Shown here: positions 53,658 to 64,000 of the stretch, in pieces
Position numbering within the stretch: the first letter of the stretch is position 1
How the letters are laid out: each line of letters starts with the position of its first letter
Notes under the pieces: model-generated
Told to the model about the DNA's origin: nothing
Databases searched by the model: none
Seen by the model: only the letters and a program-made list of their open reading frames with translations
Origin: Chiloscyllium plagiosum
Taxonomy: Eukaryota
Length of the DNA stretch: 64,000 nt
NCBI RefSeq assembly: GCF_004010195.1
Contig: NC_057728.1
Span: 40,426,231 to 40,490,230, forward strand
Direction of reading: 5' to 3'
Made by a program: the position numbers and the translations under genes

Positions 53658-53774
53658 GCTAAGTACTTAAGAAGGACTGCAATGCTAAACTTTCAACTTT
53701 ATTTTTTTATTTTCTACTTCATACCAAAGATTTGTTCAATTTTCACTGTACTCCCATATTCCTGTACTTGAGTA

Positions 53775-56195
53775 CATAGTCATAGAGTCATAGAGATGTA
53801 CAGCACGGAAACAAATCCTTCAGTGCAACCTGTCTATGCCGACCAGATATCCCAACCCAATCTCGTTCCACCTGCCAGCACCCTGTCCATATCCCTCCAA
53901 ACCCTTCCTATTCATATACCCATCCAAATGCCTTTTAAATGTTGCAATTGTACCAGCCTCCACCACTTCCTCTGGCAGCTCATTCCATACACGTACCACC
54001 CTCTGCGTAAAAACGTTGCCCTTTCGGTCTCTTTTATATTTTTCCCCTCTCACTGTAAACGTATGCCCTCTAGTTCTGGACTCCCCAACCCCAGGGAAAT
54101 GATTTTGACTATTTACTCTATTCATGCCCCCCATGATTTTGTAAACCTCTATAAGGTCACCCCTCAACCTCCAACGCTCCAGGGAAAACAGCCCCTGCCA
54201 GTTCAGCCGCTCCCGATAGCTCAAATCCTCCAACCCTGACAACATTCTTGTCAATCTTTTCTGAACCCTTTCACGTTTCATAACATCTTTTCGATAGGAA
54301 GGAGACCAGAATCGCACGCAATATTCCAACAATAACCTAACCAATGTCCTGTACAGCCATAAGAGGACCTCCCAACTCTTATACTCAACACTCTGACCAA
54401 TAAAGGAAAGCATACCAAACGCCTTCTTCACTATCCTATCGACATGCGACTCCACTTTTAAGGAGCTATGAACCTGCACTCCAAGGTCTCTTTGTTCAGC
54501 AACACTTCCTCGGACCTTGCCATTAAGTGTTGTGCCATTCTATCAAACCCAATCAGTTAGCGCCATTAAATGTTTGGACAGTGTATAAGTCCAGCTAGGA
54601 TTTGTTTTCCCAAAATGCAGCACCTCGCATTTATCTGAATTAAACTCCATCTGCCACTTCTCAGTCCATTGGCCCATCAGATCAAGATCCCGTTGTAATC
54701 TGAAGTAACCTTCTTCGCTGTTCACTACACCTCCAATTTTGGTGTCACCTGCAAACTTACTAACTGTACCTCTTATGCTCGCATCCAAATCATTTCTATA
54801 AATGACAAAAAGTAGAGGGCCCAGCACGGATCCTTGTGACACTCCACTGGTCACAGGCCTCCAGACTGAAAAACAATCCTCCACCACCATCCTCTGTTTT
54901 CTACCTTTGAGCCAGTTCTGTATCCAAATGGCTAGTTCTCCCTGTGTTCCATGAGATCTAACCTTGCTAACCTGTCTACCATGGGGAACCTTGTCGAACG
55001 CCTTACTGAAGTTCATATAGATCACATCTACCCCTCTTCCCTCATCAATCCTCTTTGTTACTTCTTCAAAAAACTCAATCAAGTTTGTGAGACATGATTT
55101 TCCATGCACAAAGCCATGTTGACTATCTCTAATCAGTCCTTGCCTTTCCAAATACATGCACATCCTGTCACTCAGGATTCCCTCTAACAACTTGCCCACC
55201 ACCAACATCAGGCTCACTGGTCTATAGTTCCCTGCTTGTCCTTACCACCCTTCTTAGCCAACCTCCAGTCTTCCGGCACTTCACCTGTGACTATCGATGG
55301 TACAAATATCTCAGCAAGAGGCCCAACAGTCATTTCTCTAGCTTCCCACAGAGTTCTAGGGTACACCTGATCAGGTCCTGGGGATTTATCCACCTTTATG
55401 CATTTCAAGACATCCAGCACTTCCTCCTCTGTAATATGGACATTTTGCAAGGTGTCACCATCTATTTCCCTACAGTCTATATCTTCCATATCCTTTTCCA
55501 CAGTAAATACTGATGCAAAATATTCATTTAGTATCTCCCCCATTTTCTGTGGCTCCACACAAAGACCGCCTTGCTGATCTTTGAGGTGCCCTATTTTGTC
55601 CTTAGTTACCCTTTTGTCCTTAATGTGTTTGTAAAAACCGTTTGGATTCTCCTTAATTCTATTTGCCAAAGCTATCTCATGTCCCCTTTTTGCCCTCCTG
55701 ATTTCCCTTTGAAGTATACTCCTACTTTCTTTATACTCTTCTAAGGATTCACTCGATCTATTCTGTCTATACCTTACATGAGCTTCGTTCTTTTTCTTAA
55801 CCAAACCCTCAATTTCTTTAGTCATCCAGCATTCCCTATACCTACCATGCTTTCCTTTCACCCTAACAGGAATATACTTTCCCTGGATTCTCATTATCTC
55901 ATTCCTGAAGGTTTCCCATTTTCCAGCTGGCCCTTTACCTGTGAACATCTGCCCCCAATCAGCTTTTGATAGTGCTTGCCCAATACCGTCAAAATTGCCT
56001 TTTCTCCAATCTAGAACTTCAAGTTTTAGATCTGGTCTATCCTTTTCCATCACTATTTTAGATCTAATGGAATTATGGTCGCTGGCACCAAAGTGCTCGC
56101 CCACTGACACCTCAGTCACCTGCCCTGACTTATTTCCCAAGAGTAGGTCAAGTTTTGCACCTTCTCTAGTAGGTACATCCACATACTGAATCAGA
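53775..56195 (-). mobile_element. CR1 LINE, 5'-truncated in the endonuclease domain
   Basis: ORFs 55214-56182, 54543-55217 and 53820-54479 tile CR1 ORF2; (GACTCTAT)n tail. Confidence 0.95.
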
Positions 56196-56300
56196 AGAAA
56201 AACCTAATTCTAAATTCTAGATTGTCCAAATATTTACTGACTGAAGAAGATTTGTCAAGAGGGAACTGATGAACCTCAACCTGAAGAAATTGACATCCTT

Positions 56301-56467
56301 GTCACTTCCGCCCCCATCATGGCCACTCCCACAGCCACTTCCGGCCCTCACATCATTGCCGATTCCACACGCTCAGTGACTTCCGCCACCCCTACTGCCG
56401 TGTCTGCCACCACTTCCGACCCCACCAGCGCCACTCACCTGCATTCTGCTGACACGCCCCCCACAGA
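56301..56467 (+). mobile_element. GC-rich fragment encoding Thr/Ser/Ala/Pro-rich sequence, possibly the N-terminal linker of a PLE ORF
   Basis: Reads VTSAPIMATPTATSGPHIIADSTRSVTSATPTAVSATTS with recurring CACTTCCG; sharp composition change against the flanks. The family assignment is tentative. Confidence 0.4.
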
Positions 56468-56657
56468 CGACAGAGTATCTTCGTGAAGGAGCTTCTGCAG
56501 CTTTTACACCAGCTCTCTGATAAACCTTATTCTCTTTCAACACAATTCAATGGCATTACCAGGATTGTTGTGATTTCTACTGTTTAATGGAAAGGTGGGG
56601 CATATTCTGTCCAAATGTCAAAGCATCATTAACAATAAAAATCATCATCTGGTTTAA

Positions 56658-57000
56658 CACAGAATCCCTACAGTGTGGAAGCAGACCATTTGGACCATCG
56701 AGTCCACATTGACCCTTCAAGGAACATTCCATCCATACCCGCCCCCACCCTATCCCTGCAACCCTACATTTCCCATGGCTAATCCACCCAGCCTACACAT
56801 CCCTCGATACAATGGGCAATTTAGCATGGCCAATCTACCTAACCCGCACATCTTTGGATTGTAGGAGAAAACCAGAGCATCCAGAGGAAATCCATACAGG
56901 CACTGGGAGAATGTGCAAACTCCACACAGACAGTTGTCTGAGGTTGGAATCAAACCTGGATCCCTGGCGCTGTGAGACAGCAGTGCTAACCACTGAGCCA
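56658..57000 (-). mobile_element. HE1-like V-SINE
   Basis: Box A TGGCTCAGTGG, degenerate box B, V domain, CR1-like tail. Confidence 0.88.
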
Positions 57001-58669
57001 ACATTTACTTCAGTCTGCTTGGTAGAGCACTGAGTGTGATGCCCTTAGTGTGCAAAGTAGAATATACAATTTTAAATTAATACATCAACTTGGATACAGC
57101 TGCATCTCCAGCAATATTAGTTTGCGCTTGAACAATACAAATGCATCAAACCAATAAAGTCAAATTTTGGCAAAATTGAATTCTCTCCGATGCATTTCAA
57201 TTAAAATTATTTTCCTGTGTTTAGATGTGAATTCTGCAATAACAAAAAAAACTTACACATATAGTGCCCCTGCAACAGAGATCCAAATATGTGTGCCAAT
57301 GCACTGCAAAGCATAGCACTGAAGTGAGGTCTATCTCGTAAGTGGATGATGAGGGTGCAGTGAGGCTGATATGTGACCTATGCTAACATCTGTGGAAGGG
57401 CAATGTGTGGTGTTGCTGGCCATGGGGGGTGTCTGAGATGTTGGCAGCTGGTGCCTAAGATGGAGGCCCAGAGGAGTAAGCAGTGAGTTTGTGTCACCAG
57501 GTAACCACTGTGAGCTCATTCCAGGATAGTTGCTGTCTAGTCTCTAACCAACAGGTGGGAGAATGGGAAGCCACATATTAATAAAATCAGATTAACTAAT
57601 AATGAGGGAAATGTTAGTACATGATAATATATGCAAATAGGCCTCTCACTGCTTACTAGTGAGATTCTCATTTTGCTGTTCAAAGGAAAATGCAACTTGC
57701 TTTCCACACAGAGAATCTCCTTTCTGCTGATTTCACCCAATTTTCCAAATGCTCTCACCAATACCTAACTGTATCTAACTTTCCATGGTTTCCTCTCTCG
57801 ATATACATGATAATAAAAGCTGTAAAAGGTACTATCCTGGATGCTATGGCCTGAAATGTTAATTTGAATGAGATTTCTGGATTCATTATTTAAATATGGG
57901 ACTTTATTTTAATAACCTTAATTTTTCATACCTCTATTAAAGCAATGTAATAGGATTTGAGTAATCAGATGTTTGCTGATAATCTTAAAAACAAAACTGT
58001 TTAAAGGCTGGGTTTTTGAGAAATGGGGAGACTCCATGGACTTCCTGACTTCTACAGTCCTATTCCACAAGCCTATATTAAAAATTGCATCATAGAAAGG
58101 CTGATAATTAATTTGCCAGTCAGGTCATTTGTATCTCTGTGACAATTGTCAGCATATTTGACTTGATTCTTAATTGTTGTGTCCCTTCCTGCTTATATTA
58201 CTTCCTGTTATGAAGTAGCATTTCTTGTCTTCCAGTTTCCTTCTCAATGAAGGGTCCACATTAAACCAAAATATTCAGTCCATTCCTACTCTTTTCAATT
58301 GAATACTGTTCCGACCCTTCCAGAATTTTGCATTTTTAGTTTATACTTGCAGGATGAACAGTTTTTTTTTCTTGACTACCAATAACATCAAAAGCAGATT
58401 TTAACACTTTTCTGTTGCTGATTATTTTAATAGATTGTTTGTGTTAAATAGGAAAGGTGCTGATACAAATCAAAAATTCTGCCATTTGGCCTCAGAATAA
58501 TTCTATTTTATTTCAAGAAGATTCACAGTAGAATGCCAATGCACCCAAGCTTCCAGACAAGTAATTCTGATATTGATGGAATAAGGACTTAGCAGCTGAA
58601 ATGTGGCAAACAGCAACTGCTGGTTATAATGTGAATTCCAGTCTAGCAGATCAACAATTCCTATTACTT

Positions 58670-59404
58670 AGAGTACAATAGGTCAGTGGGGAAGGAGATG
58701 AAGGTGATAAGTCAGGGAGGAGAGGGTGGAGTGGATAGGTGGAAAAGTTGCTGGGCAGGTCGGACAAGTCCGGACAGGTCAAGGGGACAGTGCGGAGCTG
58801 CAAGTTTGAAACTAGGATGGGGTGGGGGAAGGGGAAATGAGGAAGCTGTTGAAATCCACATTGATGCCCTGGGGTTGAAGTGTTCCGAGGCGGAAGATGA
58901 GGCGTTCTTCCTCCAGGCGTCTGGTGGTGAGGGAGCGGCGGTGGAGGAGGCCCAGCACCTCCATATCCTCGGCAGAGTGGGAGGGGGAGTTGAAATGTTG
59001 AGCCACTGGGCGATTTGGTTGATTGATGCGGGTGTCTCTGAGATGTTCCCTAAAGCGCTCTGCTAGGAGGCGTCCAGTCTCCCCAATGTAGAGGAGACCG
59101 CATCGGGAGCAACGGATACAATAGATGATATTAGTGGATGTGCAGGTAAAACTTTGATGGATGTGGAAGGCTCCTTTAGGGCCTTGGATGGAGGTGAGGG
59201 AGGAGGTGTGTGCACAGGTTTTACAGTCCACCCTCCTCTAGCTTATCTCTCCACGCTTCAGGCTCTCTGCCTTTATTCCTGATGAAGGGCTTTTGCCCGA
59301 AACGTCGATTTTGCCTGTCCTCGGATGCTGCCTGAATTGCTGTGCTCTTCCAGCACCACTGATCCAGAATCTGGTTTCCAGCAACTGCAGTCATTGCTTT
59401 TACC
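58670..59404. mobile_element. Penelope-like element 3' part: GIY-YIG region inverted (minus) plus terminal repeat with hammerhead motif (plus)
   Basis: ORF 58812-59231 NIIYCIRCSRCGLLYIGETGRLLAERFREH..EERLIFRLGTLQPQGIN; plus-strand terminal repeat at 59228-59404. Confidence 0.92.
59272..59310 (+). ncRNA. Minimal type I hammerhead ribozyme motif (PLE-associated)
   Basis: ATTC-CTGATGA-A-GGGC-TTTT-GCCC-GAAACGTC-GATT: conserved core, 4-bp stem II, palindromic ACGT stem III, GUC cleavage triplet. Confidence 0.78.
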
Positions 59405-59718
59405 CCATCCTAAACAAAATGGCTGAGGCACTGAAGATGAGCCAAAATGGTGAAACACAGCAGCTGGATATTCAAAAATGTACTATTGTCAGAGAGTAAA
59501 TCATAGAATCATTGACCCCTTCTTGTCCATGGAGGTCTCAGTAAGAGCTTCTCAACATGTCTCACGCTCTTGCCTTTCCCAAAGGATCTACAAATTTTTC
59601 TGTTCAGATAATTAGCCAGTTTTCTTTGAAACTTCTGATTGAATCTGCCTCCAACATACTCACAGGCAATACAATGCAGATCATAACTATTCTCATCATT
59701 AAAAAAGGTCTCCCTTTT

Positions 59719-62172
59719 AGGTGAGCACTTTGGAGACAGCGATCACAATTCTGTCAGGTTTACTTTAGTGATGGAAAGGGAAAGGTGTACTCCACCGAGC
59801 AAGAGTTACAGCTGGGGGAAGGGAAATTACGATGCAGTTAGGAAAAATTTAGGAAGCGTAGAATGGGGAAGGAAACTGCAGGGGATGAGCACATTAAAAA
59901 TGTGGAGCTTATTCAAGGAAAAGCTTCTGTGTGCCCTAGATAAGTATGTACCTGTCAGGCAAGGAGGAAGATATAGAACGCGTGAGCCATAGTTTACTGA
60001 GGAAGTGGAATCCCTGGTCAAGAAGAAGAAGGCGGCTTATGTTAGGACAAAATGTGAAAACTCAGGGTGCTTGAGGGTTACAAGGAAGTCAGGAAAGACC
60101 TAAAAAGAGAGCTCAGAAGAGCCAGGAGGAGACATGAGAAGTTGGTGGCGGATAGGATCAGGGTTAACCCTAAGGCTTTCCATAGTTATGTCAGGAATAA
60201 AAGAATGACGAGAGTTAAATTAGGGCGAATCAAGGATAATAATGGGAAGTTGAGTGTGGAGTCAGAGGAGATAGGGGAAGCACTAAATAAATATTTTTCG
60301 ACAGTGTTCACTATAGAAAATGAAAATGTTGGCGAGGAAGATACAGAGATACTTGCATCTGGACTAGAAGAGATTGAGGTTAGAAATACTGTAGAGTGTG
60401 AAAATAGACAAGTCCCCTGGGCCGGATAGGATCTATCCTAGGATCCTCTGGAAAGCAAGGGAAGAGATTGCCGAGCCTTTGGCATTGATCTTCAAATCAT
60501 CATTGTCTACAGGAATAGTGCCTGAGGACTGGAGGATAGCAAATGTGGTTCCCTTGTTCAAAAAGGGTAGTAAAGACAACCCTGGTAATTAAAGACCAGT
60601 GAGTCTCACTTTAGTTGATGGTAAAGTGTTGGAAAAGGTTATAAGAGATTGGATTTATAACCATCTAGAAAAGAATAATCTGATCAGGGACAGTCAGCAT
60701 GGTTTTGTGAAGGGTAGATTGTGCCTAACGAATCTTCTTGAGTTTTTTGACAAAGTGACCAAACAGGTAGATGAGAGTAAACCAGTTGATGTGGTGTATA
60801 TGGATTTCAGCAAGACGTTCGATAAGGTTCCCTACAGTAGGCTATTGTTCAAAATGCGGAGGATTGGGATTGTGGGAGATATAGCAGTTTGGATCAGTAA
60901 TTGGCTTGCTGAAAGAAACCAGAGGGTTGTAGTTGATGGAACATGTTCATCTTGGTGTCCAGTTACTAACGGCATACCACAAGGGTCAATGTTGGGTCCA
61001 CTGCTGTTCGTCATTTTTATAAATTACCTGGATGAGGGCTTAGAAGGGTGGGTTAGTAAATTTGTGGACGACACTAAGGTCGGTGGAGTTGTGGATAGTG
61101 ACGAAGGATGTAGTAGGTTGCAGAGAGACATAGATAGGATGCAGAACTGGGCTAAGAGGTGGCAAATGGAGTTTAATGTGGACAAATGTGAGGTGATACA
61201 CTTTGGACGGATTAATCGGAATGCAAAGTACTGGGTTAATGGTAAGATTCTTGGTAGTGTAGATGAGCAGAGAGATTTCGGTGTCCATGTACACAGATCC
61301 CTGAAAGTTGCCACCCAGATTGACAGGGTTGTTAAGAAGGCATACAGTGTCTTGGCCTTTATTAATAGAGGGATTGAGTTCCGGAACTAGGAGGTTATGC
61401 TGCAGCTGTACAAAGCTCTAGTACGGCCACACTTGGAGTATTGTGTACAGTTCTGGTCACCGCTTTATAAGAAGGATATGGAAGCTTTGGAAAGGGTGCA
61501 CAGGAGATTTACTAGGATGTTGGCTGATATGGAAGGAATGTCTTACGAGGAAAGGCTGAGGTCCTTGAGGCTGTTCTCGTTAGAGAGAAGAAGATTGAGA
61601 GGTGACTTAATAGGGATATATAAGATAATCAGAGGGTTAGATGGGGTGGACAGGGAGAGCCTTTTTCCAAGTATGGGGACGGCAAACATGAGGGGACACA
61701 ACTTTAAAATGAGGGGAGATAGGCATAAGACAGATGTCAGAGGTAGTTTCTTTACTCAGACAGTAGTAAGGGTATGGAATGCTTTGAGGAGAAAGTGAGG
61801 TCTGCAGATGCTGGAGATCAGAGCTGAAAATGTGTTGCTGGAAAAGCGCAGCAGGTCAGGCAGCATCCAGGGAACAGGAGAATCGACGTTTCGGGCATAA
61901 GCCCTTCTTCAGGGCTTATGCCCGAAACATCGATTCTCCTGTTCCCTGGATGCTGCCTGACCTGCTGGGCTTTTCCAGCAACACATTTTCAGCTATGGAA
62001 TGCTTTGCCTCCAATGGTAGTAGATTCGTCAAGTTTAAGTGCATTAGAGTCGTCATTGGACAGGCATATGGATGTACATGGAATAGTGTAGGTGGGATGG
62101 GCTTCAGATTAGTATGACAGGTCGGCGCAACATCGAGGGCCGAAGGGCCTGTACTGCGCTGTAATGTTCTAT
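59719..62172 (+). mobile_element. CR1 LINE, 5'-truncated, inserted into an older minus-strand CR1 remnant (59500-59718 and 62175-62420)
   Basis: ORFs 59768-61798 tile ORF2 (DWRIANV, QHGF, GIPQGS, FVDD, HLEYCVQFWSP); tail GGGCCGAAGGGCCTGTACTGCGCTGTAATGTTCTAT. Confidence 0.95.
61787..61993. mobile_element. PLE fold-back element with 14-bp TSD, inside CR1
   Basis: Near-perfect palindrome; minus-strand hammerhead CTGAAGAAGGGCTTATGCCCGAAACGTCGATT at 61912-61881; TSD TATGGAATGCTTTG at 61773-61786 and 61994-62007. Confidence 0.92.
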
Positions 62173-62485
62173 ATAATGTTGCTGCTGCTTCTTTTGGCAT
62201 TCATCTTAAAATGGTCACCGCTGGTTTAAATGGTCTACCAATAGATAATTTTTAAATCTCTTCTCTGCTTTTTCTCTAAAGAGAACAGCATCAGCTTCAC
62301 CAGAATTCTTCTCATCTCATCACTGAAATCTCTTATCCCAGCAACTATTTTCATAATTTTTACTTTATCTTCTCCAATGGCTTTGCATTATTTTTTAATA
62401 AGTCCCTGGAATGAAACACAGTGGAGGCTGAAGAGTATTTTTTTATATAACATCCTTGCTTTGTTATTCTGTGTGGTAATGTTAA

Positions 62486-63032
62486 TAGAGTCATAGAGTC
62501 ATAGAGATGTACAGCAAGGAAATAGACTCTTTGGTCCAACCCGTCCATGCCAACCAGATATCCCAAACCAATCTAGTCCCACTTGCCAGCACCTGGCCCA
62601 TATCCCTCCAAACCCTTCCTATTCATATACCCATCCAGATGCCTTTTAAATGTTGCAATTGTACTAGCCTCCACCACATCCCCTGGCAGCCCATTCTACA
62701 CATGTACCACCCTCTGCGTGAAAAAGTTGCCCCTTAGGTCTCTTTTATATCTTTCCTCTCTCACCCTAAACCCCTAGTTCTGGACTCCCCCACCCTATGG
62801 AAAAGACTTTGTCTATTTACCCTATCCATTCCCCTCAGGATTATATAAAATTCTATAAGGTCACCCCTCAGCCTCCAGCGCTCCAGGGAAAACAGTCCTA
62901 GCCTGTTTAACCTCTCTCTATAGCTCAAATTCTCCAGCACTGGCAACATCCTTGTGAATCTTTTCTGAACTGTTTCAAGTTTCACAACATCCTTCCAATA
63001 GGAAGGAGACCAGAATTGCACGCAATATTCCA
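62486..63032 (-). mobile_element. CR1 3' fragment
   Basis: EYCVQFWSPSYWKDVVKLE..; (GACTCTAT)n tail at 62486-62506. Confidence 0.93.
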
Positions 63033-63149
63033 AAACAGAAACCTACTCAAGTGTGCTAGAGGGAGGTTTGTAGTATACGTCCCCAAGGGTCAATATTGGG
63101 ATTTTTGCTTTTCCTAATACGTATTAATGATCTAGATCTTGGTGCACCA

Positions 63150-63455
63150 TGAAATAATTCCATGCTTTCGTGTGGAAATTCTTTGACACTAGTCTAGCTC
63201 CCTCAGAGGAGAAAGTGAGGACTGCAGATGCTGGAGATCAGAGCTGAAAATGTGTTGCTGGAAAAGCGCAGCAGAAGAAGGGCTCATGCCCGAAACGTCG
63301 ATTCTCCTGCTCCTTGGATGCTGCCTGACCTGCTGCGCTTTTCCAACAACACATTTTTAGCTCCCTCAGAGCCAGCTCTCAGAGTGTAAGGATGCCTGAC
63401 ACTCCTGCTCTTATCCGTCAGCCTGTGCTCGCTGATTGGGCCAGATTAACAACCC
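63150..63455 (-). mobile_element. LTR-like repeat (same family as 43786-44007), interrupted by a PLE fold-back element
   Basis: Reverse complement shares CTGGCTCTGAGG.AGC..GA..AGTGTCAA and the terminal GGA.TTA.TTCA with 43786-44007. Confidence 0.55.
63209..63357. mobile_element. PLE fold-back element with 14-bp TSD
   Basis: Truncated left arm plus right arm GAAGAAGGGCTCATGCCCGAAACGTCG; TSD TAGCTCCCTCAGAG at 63195-63208 and 63358-63371. Confidence 0.88.
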
Positions 63456-64000
63456 TGAAAGGGCTGCCCATGTTTGAAAGACACAAAATGGCCGACAAAG
63501 GTTAAACAGAATTAAACAGCCTGCTCCCGCTATAAAACACAAAATGGCCAACAAGGGATAAATAGAATTAAACAGCTTGCTTCGGCATTTTAACAAAATA
63601 AAATGGTGCCTTTGAACAGGGCTACTCCAAGGTGAATAGGAAGCCCTATACAAGCAACCATCCGAGACAGTTTGATAAGAAGATATCTAAGGATCGATAC
63701 AAGTTTATTAAAATATGACAACTGATTCCAGCCTTATTAATGAAAGGATGTTGGACAGTGCCAGTTAAAACAAGAGGTGTAAATCGCAGTCCATGAACTA
63801 GTTAGCCTAACTCATTAAGCAACTATGAAAACAACAGCTAAAGTTATTTTGTAGTAATCTGTTGTTTCTTTGAAGTAATGCACAGTATTAAGAAATAGAT
63901 TCTAGTTAAAGATTCTTCAGATAATCACATAGATTGATTTCAGCATTGGTTATATATGTGTATCTATAATAAAGTAAAATAGAAACATGATGGGAAAAAC

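Noticed and set aside
56241..56467. Mucin-like host exon
   Set aside because: In-frame stop immediately upstream and no convincing splice sites; more likely a transposon fragment.

Overview
Eukaryotic, repeat-dominated genomic DNA. The repeat content (HE1-like tRNA/V-domain SINEs with CR1 LINE partners) points to a cartilaginous fish (shark-like); this is an inference. No intact host protein-coding gene is evident, and nearly all longer ORFs in the track are decayed retrotransposon fragments. Contents: many CR1 LINE copies from several families (one essentially full length, several nested), six HE1-like SINEs, two Penelope-like elements (PLEs) with 5' inversions, an L1/Tx1-type 3' end, a Harbinger transposase relic, solo-LTR-like elements, a DeuSINE remnant, a 20-bp minisatellite and two assembly gaps. 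The most notable signal is a set of short, target-site-duplicated, asymmetric fold-back elements built from PLE terminal repeats that carry minimal hammerhead-ribozyme motifs (CUGA-N-GA...GAAAC). Boundaries were read by eye and are approximate unless a target-site duplication (TSD) is quoted.
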